From Alphaproteobacteria bacterium (GTDB lineage: Bacteria > Pseudomonadota > Alphaproteobacteria > Rs-D84), in the NCBI GenBank assembly GCA_017471445.1, contig JAFUTJ010000008.1, positions 1-46,381 on the forward strand: a stretch of DNA of 46,381 bases, given 5' to 3'. The translations under genes were made by a program, and so were the position numbers. Positions 19,509-29,324 of the stretch are shown here, in pieces; the stretch's first letter is position 1; each line of letters starts with the position of its first letter. Below the pieces are notes generated by a model. That model did no database searches and was not told where the DNA came from. It worked only from the letters and a program-made list of their open reading frames with translations.

Positions 19509-20649
19509 GATGCGCCCCTTTGGTTAATATACGTAATTTTTGCCGCGGGTATATCAAGTTCGGATTTTTTATTCCATTATTCTGGGCAATTATTGTAAAT
19601 CGCGTACCACGCCCCATAAAGTTACGCGCAATAATCCATAAACAATCACCACGCCGCACGGTATAAAACGTATTGTCGTTTCCGGTTGCGCGCGGCATTA
19701 TAAAGCCATGTCCAATTTGGGAAATTGTGCGCCCGGCCCCATCATGCATACGTATGGTCAGGACGTATTTCTGGCCCGGCTGTAATTCACCAACATTCGC
19801 GCCGATGCCAAAGTTTTTATGGTCTGACACACGTGCCATACCCAAATATTTATCATTCAGGGCAATTGACACACGCGTACGCGGAATTGCCGTGCCGGTT
19901 ACAACAATGCGCCCCGTGTCCAGATAATCAATTTTAGATACATTTAAATCGCCATCGGTCAATATCGCCGGTGCCTGTAAGATACGACTGCCGTCATCGG
20001 TCATCAATAATGACATGGAATTTTCCACACCGCGCGGCGATATATACAAAAACACACGATTCGCCGAATGCGCATTACGTTCTGGGTCAATTAATGAAAC
20101 CGTGTAATTACCGGGACGCATTGCCCCATTTGGCGAATATACAAATTCACCATTTTTATCGGAATTTATTGTTGCGACAATTTTACCATTAATCTTTATT
20201 GATACATTTGCATTGGGATGCGCACGACCAGCAATTACAACGTTGCCATTTGGTGCAACACGTACAACGTCAAATTCTGGACGGGTAATTTTGTGTGTAA
20301 CCGTGCGTACAATCGGTTCTGGGACCGATGGTGCGGACAACGTCATTATATGATGATATGTAACACGTTGAAAAAACACAGCCCATAATGCAATCAATAC
20401 GACAACCAATGCACATAAAATTGGGAACCAATACGCCCGGAAAATCCCACGCACCCGCGCAGTACGTGATTGCGCATACACAGCACGTCGGGGTGTGGTC
20501 GACGGTTTTGCAAACACATTCAGTCGCCGTAAAAACTGACGCGTAAAATCACGACGGTTTTCCAACCACTCGTTTTGACGGTTAATTGCGTCATCTATCA
20601 TATCATCGGTGGAACGCTTGGTTTTTCCAATTGTATTATTTTTCGCCAT
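19468..20649 (-). CDS. Membrane-anchored LysM peptidoglycan-binding protein with Ig-like domains
   Basis: TM segment, PEFDVVRV, C-terminal YTVRRGDCLWIIA...IKNPNLIYP. Confidence 0.9.
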   Translation of the reverse strand: MAKNNTIGKTKRSTDDMIDDAINRQNEWLENRRDFTRQFLRRLNVFAKPSTTPRRAVYAQSRTARVRGIFRAYWFPILCALVVVLIALWAVFFQRVTYHHIMTLSAPSVPEPIVRTVTHKITRPEFDVVRVAPNGNVVIAGRAHPNANVSIKINGKIVATINSDKNGEFVYSPNGAMRPGNYTVSLIDPERNAHSANRVFLYISPRGVENSMSLLMTDDGSRILQAPAILTDGDLNVSKIDYLDTGRIVVTGTAIPRTRVSIALNDKYLGMARVSDHKNFGIGANVGELQPGQKYVLTIRMHDGAGRTISQIGHGFIMPRATGNDNTFYTVRRGDCLWIIARNFMGRGTRFTIIAQNNGIKNPNLIYPRQKLRILTKGAHHERQTGNQKAFSK

Positions 20650-20769
20650 AGATACCCCCATTGATGCATCAAATGGTTATGTACTCTGGACAAATTATTG
20701 CAAAATATATTTCTTTGTCAACTTATTTATGCTATCATTAGTCATGATAAAACAAAGGAAAGACAAGCC

Positions 20770-21852
20770 ATGAAAAAGATTGGAATTATGACAACAGGCG
20801 GCGATTGTTCGGGCCTGAATGCGGTAATTGCGAATATTGTACGCGCGGCGCAAATTCGCGGGTGGCGCGTTGTCGGCATAACCGACGGCACCGACGGGTT
20901 AACCACACACACGCCAAGTGTTGTTGACCTTGATATAATCAACATGCCGCCAACAATTTCACGCACATCGGGCAGTATTCTGGGCAACGGCCACGCCGGC
21001 ATTATGAATTTCGAAACCGCCACACGTTCTGGCCAATTACGCGCATTTAATAACAATCTGAAAACGGCAATCCGAAAATTAAAACTGGACGTAATAATTT
21101 TGGTTGGTGGCAACGGCAGTTTATCGTTAGCCTGGACAAATCGCGATATTTATTCCGATGTTCAATTGATTTGCATTCCAAAGACCATTGACATGGATAT
21201 TCCATGCACAAGCCGTACAATTGGTTTTGATACCGCGGTTCAACAACTGGTTTCATACTGTGATCAATTAATATTAACGGCACGCAGCCATCACAGATGG
21301 TTTGTCGTTCAATCAATGGGTCGCGATTGCGGGCAATTGGCATTAAATGCCGGCGTGGCGGCGGGTGTGCACGCGATATTAATACCAGAAATTAAGTTTG
21401 ATATGAATGCTTTGATTGCGCATATTAAGCATGCCCCAACCGATTACGGTATAATCATTGTCGCCGAAGGAATCCGCATTCGGGGACATTCGGGGCAACC
21501 TGCGGAAATTATTTCGCGCAAATTAACCGCCGCCGGAATTCCAAACCGCACGGCATTTCCTGGCCATATTCAACGCGCCGGCGACACCACCGCGGCCGAC
21601 CGTATATTGGCCATCCAAATGGCCGATGCCACAATACGCGCGATTGAAAACAACGAAACATATGTTATGACGGCATACGAAAATGACCAGTGTCGAACAA
21701 TTACACTGGCTGATTTTTACGCCGCCGGACGTACCGTTGACGACCCGAATATATCGGGGCTGAAAACATCGAATGCGTATGTAACCCCAGATAATCCACT
21801 GTTACATGTTGTTGAAAATATGGGCATTTATATTGGTGAAAGACGAAAATAA
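20770..21852 (+). CDS. pfkA: 6-phosphofructokinase (PfkA family)
   Basis: IGIMTTGGDCSGLNA, GGNGS, PKTIDMD, MGRDCG, GHIQRAG. Confidence 0.9.
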   Translation: MKKIGIMTTGGDCSGLNAVIANIVRAAQIRGWRVVGITDGTDGLTTHTPSVVDLDIINMPPTISRTSGSILGNGHAGIMNFETATRSGQLRAFNNNLKTAIRKLKLDVIILVGGNGSLSLAWTNRDIYSDVQLICIPKTIDMDIPCTSRTIGFDTAVQQLVSYCDQLILTARSHHRWFVVQSMGRDCGQLALNAGVAAGVHAILIPEIKFDMNALIAHIKHAPTDYGIIIVAEGIRIRGHSGQPAEIISRKLTAAGIPNRTAFPGHIQRAGDTTAADRILAIQMADATIRAIENNETYVMTAYENDQCRTITLADFYAAGRTVDDPNISGLKTSNAYVTPDNPLLHVVENMGIYIGERRK

Positions 21853-21937
21853 AATCATGCATATGTGACGTCTGCATTAAATCCGTGGCCCAGGGATGCA
21901 TGGTTTGGTGTAATGTCTTTTATTGTATATTATTCAA

Positions 21938-22669
21938 CTAATTCACCGGGAACAATTTGCCGCCATCACCGCGTTTTGCACTAATCCAACACGTCGCGCC
22001 ATTACGCGGAACGGCCATGGCGTATTTAGTATGCTTTTCCGCATATATATTTATACCATTCATTGCCGTGTCGCCAATCCGACACAATGGCAAACACCGG
22101 TCGTCGGATGTGTGGCCGAATCCATCATCACATTCCCACGGGCAATCGCCAACATCCGGTGTGCCCGCACCGGTATAGTGCGCATTTGTCGGCGCATTTG
22201 TGCATGGATTTACGTTTTTATAATTCGTGGTACCAGGCTTGTTCAGATTTGATACGTAGTAACCAGTTTGTGCAGCAGAACACAGACCGTTATAGTTTAC
22301 AACCGTATAATCTGATGATTCCATGGAATAGCCTAACACAATATACCTATCCGCGCATGTATCATCTTGCGCCTGACGTACACGCAGACCACACGCCATT
22401 ATTGATGTTGGGCCAACAGAAGCGTATGTTGATGTTTTTTTCAACATATTGTAATCTGAAATATTCGGTATCAAATTCAGAACATCCGACTTGGTCAAAT
22501 TGGTTTCTGGACATTCATAACTTAAATCATCCCCCGGACAGTAATATGACGAGATACAATTTGTACATTCACCATTGTTCATGTATTGCCCCGCGTCGCA
22601 TGTTGCGGCGCGGGCATTGGTTAAAATGCACATGCCAAACATCACACCCCATGCACAAAAAAACCACCG
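21938..22669 (-). CDS. Secreted Cys-rich variable protein, paralog B; start codon supplied only by inverted cassette (259 aa when ON)
   Basis: Fixed part begins RWFFCAWGVMFGMCILTNARA-ATC; YCPGDD; conserved C-terminus; no RBS+start facing the gene in this orientation. Confidence 0.85.
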   Translation of the reverse strand, partial: RWFFCAWGVMFGMCILTNARAATCDAGQYMNNGECTNCISSYYCPGDDLSYECPETNLTKSDVLNLIPNISDYNMLKKTSTYASVGPTSIMACGLRVRQAQDDTCADRYIVLGYSMESSDYTVVNYNGLCSAAQTGYYVSNLNKPGTTNYKNVNPCTNAPTNAHYTGAGTPDVGDCPWECDDGFGHTSDDRCLPLCRIGDTAMNGINIYAEKHTKYAMAVPRNGATCWISAKRGDGGKLFPVN

Positions 22670-22768
22670 TTTTTTTGTGCACAGGTAAAGGAAAATAAAA
22701 TGGCGGATTTCTGGGGTTTTGTAAAAACAATTTGTGCACCAAAAAAACGGTGGTTTTTTGGTGCACGG
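22652..22768. mobile_element. Putative invertible translation-start cassette, copy 2 (OFF orientation)
   Basis: Left site TGCACAAAAAAA-CCACCG-TTTTTTTGTGCA (perfect 12-6-12 palindrome, 22652-22681); right site 22734-22766 with inverted core; RBS+ATG at 22700 on + strand. Confidence 0.8.
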
Positions 22769-22790
22769 CTTATTTCCCTGTACGCCATAT

Positions 22791-22819
22791 ATCATACCGC
22801 ATTCACGCATTTTTGACAA
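22791..22819 (-). promoter_or_regulatory. sigma70-like promoter upstream of cassette copy 2
   Basis: Minus strand TTGTCA-17 bp-TATGAT. Confidence 0.8.
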
Positions 22820-22857
22820 TATGTTTTTTGATAAAAAAACATTACATAAACATATTG

Positions 22858-23199
22858 TTATATTGCGCCACGACACCAATGGATGTGCCAACCACATACA
22901 ATTATCACATCAAAACGCGCATTTCCGCGCCACTGTGTTTTTGCAATATACGTTTCAGCCGCACGACGCAGGCGCACAATTTGCGCGGGTGTAATTGCAT
23001 CCCATGCGGCGGCAACGGTTGGGCGTGCCTTTACCTCTATAAACACCAGGGTATTTTTATTCCGTGCAATAATATCAATTTCGGCACGGGCCGTTTGGCG
23101 GCCGGTTACGTATCGCCGCCGCACTATGCGAAACCCATGCATGCGCAGCATCCACACCGCGCGCCATTCTGCCAATAAACCGGTTTTATATGAATTCAT
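22858..23199 (-). CDS. yraN: YraN family (UPF0102) protein
   Basis: GLLAE, EIDIIAR, LVFIEVKAR, RFDVI. Confidence 0.9.
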   Translation of the reverse strand: MNSYKTGLLAEWRAVWMLRMHGFRIVRRRYVTGRQTARAEIDIIARNKNTLVFIEVKARPTVAAAWDAITPAQIVRLRRAAETYIAKTQWRGNARFDVIIVCGWHIHWCRGAI

Positions 23200-23200
23200 A

Positions 23201-23983
23201 TTAAAATGCATAATTCTTGGCGCGGAAATTTTCACGTGCCGCCTGGACATTTTTGGCCGCATCCGACGCGTTGCGCCCATTGTCCACCAAATCCAGTGCA
23301 CCATAATACGCCGTCATCATCGGATCATATGAATTATTTGATGACACCCACGTATCACCACCTGCGTTTGGTGCGCCATATTTATCCAATACATCTTGCC
23401 AAAACTTTAATATCTTTTTTTCGCGCTGGTTAGAAAATTTGTCGGCATCCCCTTCTAAATCATTAACATCGTTATTGTAAACAACGCGCCACACAACATT
23501 ATCGGTTGCATTACTGGTAAAATAAACCGTTATTGTTTCACCCGTGGCAGCCCGTTCAAGGTGCAATTGCGACGCATACAGCAACCCACGATTACGCGCC
23601 AAACTGGTTATGCATTTTTCCAATTCAGACGGGTTATACGCCTGTTGCTGGCGACATTCATAGTCCAGGTTGTATTTCCATTCTTGGGCAATGGTGTATA
23701 TTATGCTGTCTTTCTTGCGCGGCGCATACAGGCCACCATTATGAAAAAACAGTGTATGAATATCGTCAAACCCCATCCCCAGCATTATTCCCGCAATATC
23801 AAACGCCCCAACATTCGCAGGTGTGGCCCCGACATCCATCGCAACCGAACCAACCGTAACATCGTTATCATCACTGTCCGTTATTGCAAAGTTATTCAGG
23901 TCAAACGGGTCATCGTCTGCGCGCGCGCAAATTGCGCCACCGCATAACATCAAAACCGATAAAAATTTCAATTTCATATTCAT
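23201..23983 (-). CDS. Exported hypothetical protein
   Basis: Signal peptide ending CARA, 260 aa, co-transcribed with upstream VirB8-like genes. Confidence 0.75.
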   Translation of the reverse strand: MNMKLKFLSVLMLCGGAICARADDDPFDLNNFAITDSDDNDVTVGSVAMDVGATPANVGAFDIAGIMLGMGFDDIHTLFFHNGGLYAPRKKDSIIYTIAQEWKYNLDYECRQQQAYNPSELEKCITSLARNRGLLYASQLHLERAATGETITVYFTSNATDNVVWRVVYNNDVNDLEGDADKFSNQREKKILKFWQDVLDKYGAPNAGGDTWVSSNNSYDPMMTAYYGALDLVDNGRNASDAAKNVQAARENFRAKNYAF

Positions 23984-23991
23984 CCGTTTTT

Positions 23992-24654
23992 TTATTCCAG
24001 ATAATTTTTTACATCCGTAACCCGAAACCGAAAAAATGTAATCGGGTCATATTGCTTTTTCAATCTGTCTTGCACAATTTCATCATCCCACGTTCCGGGA
24101 AGATAGCGCACCCCCAGGTACATTTTGCCGCGCGTAATTATTGGACTTTCGGCCAATTTATTCGGATGCAACCATGTCTGTAATTCATATTCAACAACCC
24201 AATACCCGCCATCTGTTTCTGTATCGGTTGTATACAATATTTCACCAATTACACGAACGCTACGCATCGCATTTTTTTCGGCCAATGATAAAATCGTTCG
24301 CGCCTCGCCATCACGCCATTGGTTGAAAACACCCGGCACAGAAATCATCTCCATTGTGCTTTTTTTACGATTTTCACCGTCAATACGCGTACGGATGTTT
24401 TCAGAATCCGGTGTTACATAGAAATATTCTGTCACGAACCGACGTATTAACATGTCGCGCACATACCTATCGCCAATTTCAGATAACGCCATTGGTACAC
24501 CTGGCCGATATTCTGATGCATTGTTCGGTTGAAAAAAATATGGTTGAACAACGAAATGCCGCCCAGAATCAAACATCGCACACGTCACCACCAACATGCC
24601 GCAAATTATCAGCATTAATAACAAAGCAATCAACCCAATAACAAATTTCCGCAT
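23992..24654 (-). CDS. VirB8-like single-pass membrane protein
   Basis: N-terminal TM, RRFVTEYF helix, terminal DPITFFRFRVTD resembling the VirB8 NPxG-F-V strand. Confidence 0.55.
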   Translation of the reverse strand: MRKFVIGLIALLLMLIICGMLVVTCAMFDSGRHFVVQPYFFQPNNASEYRPGVPMALSEIGDRYVRDMLIRRFVTEYFYVTPDSENIRTRIDGENRKKSTMEMISVPGVFNQWRDGEARTILSLAEKNAMRSVRVIGEILYTTDTETDGGYWVVEYELQTWLHPNKLAESPIITRGKMYLGVRYLPGTWDDEIVQDRLKKQYDPITFFRFRVTDVKNYLE

Positions 24655-25359
24655 TTAATTTATCCTGTATGCATTAAATTCAGAAACATAGAACCCCAGT
24701 GTTTGCCAATAATATTCCGTATTACGCGCGACACGAACATACGCAACAACCTGAATATCGCCATGTATTGCGGAACGCACCGTTGCATAGACCTGCCACG
24801 TGCCACCATTACGTGTCGGTTCAGATAATGGAATAACCTTTAATGTATTATATACAATACGCCATGCATCACCACCCAATGCACGCGCCGAATATTCCGG
24901 AATAACATCATTCACAAATGTGTTATATAACTCGTCCCCAGAGGCACAATATATTGCACATGCCCCATTTCCATATATCACGGTACCATCCGGCACACAA
25001 TCACGCGCACGGTCGCATTTGCGCCATAAATCTGCATTTTTAGATTGTGTTTCCGATATTGTCATCCAATCAACTGCAAAACGTCCCACCAAAGACTGCT
25101 GAACCGCGTATTCCGGTGATAAAACCGCAACACCATTCACGCCGCCATCATCTGTAATTGTATTCCAATTCCCTGTGCGCGAATCCACCGATATTATACA
25201 TGGACGTACAGACACACTGCGCATTGTCCAGACAACAACCACACACGCCACAACCATCAACGCAAATACAACCATTGTTCCAATGGCCATAAATCGCGAT
25301 ATCGCAATGCGTCGCCCGGCGGGAAACACATTTGTGTTAAAATCATCTGGATATTTCAC
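24655..25359 (-). CDS. VirB8-like single-pass membrane protein
   Basis: GTG start, TM then VRPCIISVDSRTG (cf. VirB8 PYVIxVD...G), C-terminal LGFYVSEF. Confidence 0.6.
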   Translation of the reverse strand: MKYPDDFNTNVFPAGRRIAISRFMAIGTMVVFALMVVACVVVVWTMRSVSVRPCIISVDSRTGNWNTITDDGGVNGVAVLSPEYAVQQSLVGRFAVDWMTISETQSKNADLWRKCDRARDCVPDGTVIYGNGACAIYCASGDELYNTFVNDVIPEYSARALGGDAWRIVYNTLKVIPLSEPTRNGGTWQVYATVRSAIHGDIQVVAYVRVARNTEYYWQTLGFYVSEFNAYRIN

Positions 25360-25378
25360 GTGGTGTCATCCGTGTTTT

Positions 25379-25525
25379 TTACGCCCGGTACACCATGATA
25401 CATGCGCACGGGCTTAATTTTAATTCATTGTTATCATAACCAACGCCAACCGGCTCGCGGTCATAAACCTGGCCACATCCGGCCAACGCCAACACAACAA
25501 ATATACCCAAGAAAAACCTTTTCAT
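25379..25525 (-). CDS. Small lipoprotein, VirB7-like (48 aa, not in ORF track)
   Basis: AAGGGGG RBS; MKRFFLGIFVVLALAGC lipobox; C-terminal LKLSPCAC; directly upstream of VirB8-like genes. Confidence 0.7.
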   Translation of the reverse strand: MKRFFLGIFVVLALAGCGQVYDREPVGVGYDNNELKLSPCACIMVYRA

Positions 25526-25739
25526 TTTGCTTTCCCCCTTAACATAACATCAGTATAGGAAAAACCCGCCACATCGGTCAAGCGTAAATGAATTGGTTGT
25601 TGGCGAATTTCTAATTTATGATTTGTGGAACGGTGTCCATTATGGGCATCGTGCACATATTTTGTGTTCGCTGCGCTAACATGTATGATTGACCTGGATT
25701 GCCGAGGCACACCCAACAATAACAGCAAATATTTTTGCA

Positions 25740-25985
25740 TCATTGCTCTATGCTTGCAAACTTAAAACTTTCATCATGCACCCCTTTTATTCGCTCAACC
25801 CGTCGTCGGTTGCGCCGACGCCCCCACGCGTACGTGCCATCTTTACCGTTATAGACCAATCTACATGAACCATGTTTTACATTTTGCGGGTCCTGTTGGT
25901 CTGCATAGCCGCGACTGGCCAAATCCGCGTATGATGCAAGTGGCATTATCGCCAATAATGTTATTATGCAGAACAATCTTCTCAT
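25740..25985 (-). CDS. Short exported protein or frameshifted remnant
   Basis: AAGGGAG RBS, signal peptide ending LASYA; composition changes abruptly after a G5 run. Confidence 0.4.
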   Translation of the reverse strand: MRRLFCIITLLAIMPLASYADLASRGYADQQDPQNVKHGSCRLVYNGKDGTYAWGRRRNRRRVERIKGVHDESFKFASIEQ

Positions 25986-26110
25986 TCCGTTTTCTCCCTT
26001 GGATTTTTTATAAAATTACTTAACATAACCATATCAACACCAGCAAATTCGCATAATATAAAATTTTACGTTGTTGACAAACCGCCCTTTTCTGCTAATG
26101 TGAACAGGCT

Positions 26111-27022
26111 ATGCAAAATATTTCTGAAAAGTTTTTCAATAATATGCACGAAATCCGTGACGGTTCGTCTGGCGTAATCGGCAATGTTTATTATACCAAA
26201 ATACCTGATGCGATTGGCACGCTGTACACCATGCACGGTTACGCAGGCAGTCCGGTTGAACCAATCATGCGCATTGCGATTTCGCATGCGATAAAATCTG
26301 GGTTTAATATTGTCGCAATTGAAAATGTTCAACTGTCTGTAACATACCCAATCGCGGACCGCGACCTGGGACGTATGAACCTGGACCGACATGTTGATGT
26401 ATTGCACCGCGGACTAAATTTCACAAAATGCATATCTGAATTGAATCAATGCGGGTATAATATCGCGTGGTTGCATTCATTGGGGGCGCGTGCGTTTACA
26501 GACTTGTTTGTGGAATCGCCGCATACGGGTTCACGATTTAATTCTGTGGTGTTTAATAATCCGTATTTTATGCCACCGGCACGTGTTGAACAAAAACATG
26601 AAAAGTCATTAAAATCTGACCCCAGTGGCATGATTTGGGAAAAAATTATGGATCGCCCATATCAAACGACCCGGATTATTGACGACGAAAAATATACAAT
26701 TCCGGCAACGCTGCGTAATGTATTTTTCCCGTTCAAGAAATTACCAGATGGACGTTTTCCAACATTTACCGACGTAATGGGCGACATGTCACGATTTGCA
26801 GGACGCCGTTCAATTGTGTGCTTTATTCTGGGCACTGATGACACCGAAGCGGAATATAACAAAAACATGGACGTGTTTAATGCACTGCAAATACACAACA
26901 AAGACCTGTATCTGATACCAAATGGTATACACACATTGGAAAATGTATTACCCGAATATGACCAAATTACCCAGGTTGTTTTGGCAAAACTGGCCGCCGA
27001 CGCAAAACTGCACAGACGATAA
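26111..27022 (+). CDS. Alpha/beta hydrolase-fold protein
   Basis: MHGYAG, LHSLGA, GTDD, GIH catalytic-triad-like motifs. Confidence 0.7.
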   Translation: MQNISEKFFNNMHEIRDGSSGVIGNVYYTKIPDAIGTLYTMHGYAGSPVEPIMRIAISHAIKSGFNIVAIENVQLSVTYPIADRDLGRMNLDRHVDVLHRGLNFTKCISELNQCGYNIAWLHSLGARAFTDLFVESPHTGSRFNSVVFNNPYFMPPARVEQKHEKSLKSDPSGMIWEKIMDRPYQTTRIIDDEKYTIPATLRNVFFPFKKLPDGRFPTFTDVMGDMSRFAGRRSIVCFILGTDDTEAEYNKNMDVFNALQIHNKDLYLIPNGIHTLENVLPEYDQITQVVLAKLAADAKLHRR

Positions 27023-27048
27023 AAAACGGAACTTTATTTCCGTTTTTT
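27021..27048. terminator. Bidirectional terminator between convergent genes
   Basis: AAAAAACGGAA-CTTTAT-TTCCGTTTTTT. Confidence 0.7.
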
Positions 27049-27053
27049 ATTAT

Positions 27054-29324
27054 TTAGAACTGGGTTTCGAACGATAACAAGAATCGACGTTCGCGGTCAT
27101 ATTTTGCCATCTTCATCGGCCACCCCCACGAAAAGTTCATCGGCCCCATTGGTGTATTCCAATAAATACCAACACCAATTGATGTGCGAATATCGTTATC
27201 GATATAATTTTCTTTGTCATAGAAATAATTTTCGGCCGCCGGCGGTTTACCCAAAATACCATAATCCGCAAAGACAAATCCCTTTACCTGATATTCGTCC
27301 GGTATAAATACCGGGAAATTCATCTGGGTTGAACCGTTTATTTTCCACAACCCACCCAACGAATACGTACGATATGCCCAGTTTCGGGAACCAACACCTG
27401 CAATATCAAACCCACGCAACGATTCCCCACCCAAGAAATAACGATAAACACGCGTTATATAATCATCGCCAATTGGTTGTATATACCCAAAATCTAATGA
27501 TGTACGTAATTGCCACCGGTCTGACAAAAACTTTACCATTGCGGTTATATCACCATTGTAACGCATAAATTCTTCGGTACCACCAAACCCAGTATATGCC
27601 ACACCAACGTTACCAACAATACCGGTGTGTGTATTCTGCTCAAAATTCGTGTCCAGGTTATAATACTTAAAATTCGTACCCAATGTGTACAACGTCGCGT
27701 CATGCCACCCAGATAATTGAATGTCATAGTTTTGGTCAAACGCCGCCGACATGCGTACAGTCTGGGTCCAATGGTCAGTCAGTCGCCATCCCATACGGCC
27801 CGCAACAGTTAATGAGTCACGGTCGTAACCAAAACTGCCCAAAGAAGAATAATCATACATTGTATACGAAACGTCAAATCCGGCAGACAACGCACGCCCA
27901 AACAGATATGGTTCGGTAAAACTGAACAATGCCTGTTTTTGATATTGCGCAATTGACCCACGCAGTTGTACAACTTGGCCGCGACCCATAAAATTACTTT
28001 CTGTTATACCGGCATCAACCATAAAACCATTGATATTTGACCAACCAAACCCACCTGATAATTCACCGGTTGGTTGTTCTTCTACCTTGACATCCAGGTT
28101 CATCATATTCGCATCGGCAACACGCGTTGGCACCATTTGCACATCCTTGAAATACCGCGTATGCATCAGGTTTTGACGGCCCTCTTCAATCGTCTGCAAT
28201 GAAAACGGGTCACCCGCACGCATCGGTAACGATTGTTCAATAACACTATCAAACGTACGCACATTACCCAATATATTTATTGTATTCAGGTATATGCGAT
28301 TTGTTTTCTGAATCACAAATTGAAAATCAATTGTATGCGCGTCTGAATTTCTAACCGGCACCGGTTCAACATTTATGAATGCATAACCATGTTCGGCAAC
28401 CACACTGCGTAACGCAGACATTGTTGCATCAACCATATCAACGTTATAAGTATCACCACGTGACATTTTTAATGCACGCTGTAATTGCGAATCTGGCACA
28501 TCGGGGAATGGATTCTTAACCGTTATTTCGCCAAATTTATATTTTTCCCCTTCGTCAACGGTGAACACCACAGAATAATATTCCCGATCAGGCGTAAATT
28601 CCCCAGCGGTATTCTTTACCTGAAAATCAGCATAGCCATTGCGCATATAAAACTGACGCAACATCTGCGCATCGTATTGTATACGATCTTCATCAAATAC
28701 ATCAAATTGCGTCATTATGCGCCACCACGCATGTTCACGCGATAATATTTCCCCACGTAACGTACGTGAACGAAACCGCCGATTACCGGAAAACTTTATA
28801 CTGCGAATATATGTCGGGTGACCTTCGCTAATCTCGTAAACAACGTTTACCCGATTATCATCCAACAAGATTTTTTTCGGTTCAATTTTTGTTCCAAAAA
28901 AACCCTTGCGCTGATAAACTGTCAACATACGGCTGACATCGCCACCGACAACAGATTCATCAAACGACGCACGTTCTTTTAACCGTATTTCTTTTTTCAG
29001 GTCATCTGTTGATATTTCATCATTACCTTCTATCGTCACTTGGCCAACCGTGGGCGATTCTGTAACATCTATCTTTAACACATTGCCAGACATGCGAACG
29101 TTAATTTTGGAAAAATACCCACTTTCTTGTAATTTTTTTGCGATTTGGTTCGCACGCGATTCGCCGACGTTTTCGCCAATCCGCACATCGGCCAATATTC
29201 GCACCGATTCCGCATCCATACGTTCATTGCCACGCACATCAATACGCGACACCGTTTCGGCCCCAGCCGCCCAAATTGCACCAAACGCAACAATAACAGC
29301 AATATCAAAACATCTTTTCATCAT
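27054..29324 (-). CDS. bamA: Outer membrane protein assembly factor BamA
   Basis: POTRA repeats, LRGF motif, TPMGPM, terminal Phe. Confidence 0.96.
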   Translation of the reverse strand: MMKRCFDIAVIVAFGAIWAAGAETVSRIDVRGNERMDAESVRILADVRIGENVGESRANQIAKKLQESGYFSKINVRMSGNVLKIDVTESPTVGQVTIEGNDEISTDDLKKEIRLKERASFDESVVGGDVSRMLTVYQRKGFFGTKIEPKKILLDDNRVNVVYEISEGHPTYIRSIKFSGNRRFRSRTLRGEILSREHAWWRIMTQFDVFDEDRIQYDAQMLRQFYMRNGYADFQVKNTAGEFTPDREYYSVVFTVDEGEKYKFGEITVKNPFPDVPDSQLQRALKMSRGDTYNVDMVDATMSALRSVVAEHGYAFINVEPVPVRNSDAHTIDFQFVIQKTNRIYLNTINILGNVRTFDSVIEQSLPMRAGDPFSLQTIEEGRQNLMHTRYFKDVQMVPTRVADANMMNLDVKVEEQPTGELSGGFGWSNINGFMVDAGITESNFMGRGQVVQLRGSIAQYQKQALFSFTEPYLFGRALSAGFDVSYTMYDYSSLGSFGYDRDSLTVAGRMGWRLTDHWTQTVRMSAAFDQNYDIQLSGWHDATLYTLGTNFKYYNLDTNFEQNTHTGIVGNVGVAYTGFGGTEEFMRYNGDITAMVKFLSDRWQLRTSLDFGYIQPIGDDYITRVYRYFLGGESLRGFDIAGVGSRNWAYRTYSLGGLWKINGSTQMNFPVFIPDEYQVKGFVFADYGILGKPPAAENYFYDKENYIDNDIRTSIGVGIYWNTPMGPMNFSWGWPMKMAKYDRERRFLLSFETQF

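Noticed and set aside
22569-22766. GTG-started 64-65 aa ORFs (also 41247..41441) after AGGGA, which A/T-run slippage might shift into frame
   Set aside because: Interior tract lengths are identical in all three copies and slippage does not explain the inverted cores or the reversed RBS+ATG; kept only as a minor alternative.
22670-22897. Long N-termini of ORF-track calls 21938..22897 and 40574..41494
   Set aside because: Starts lie in or upstream of the conserved promoter, lack an RBS and bury the signal peptide; the frame is simply open across the antisense cassette.
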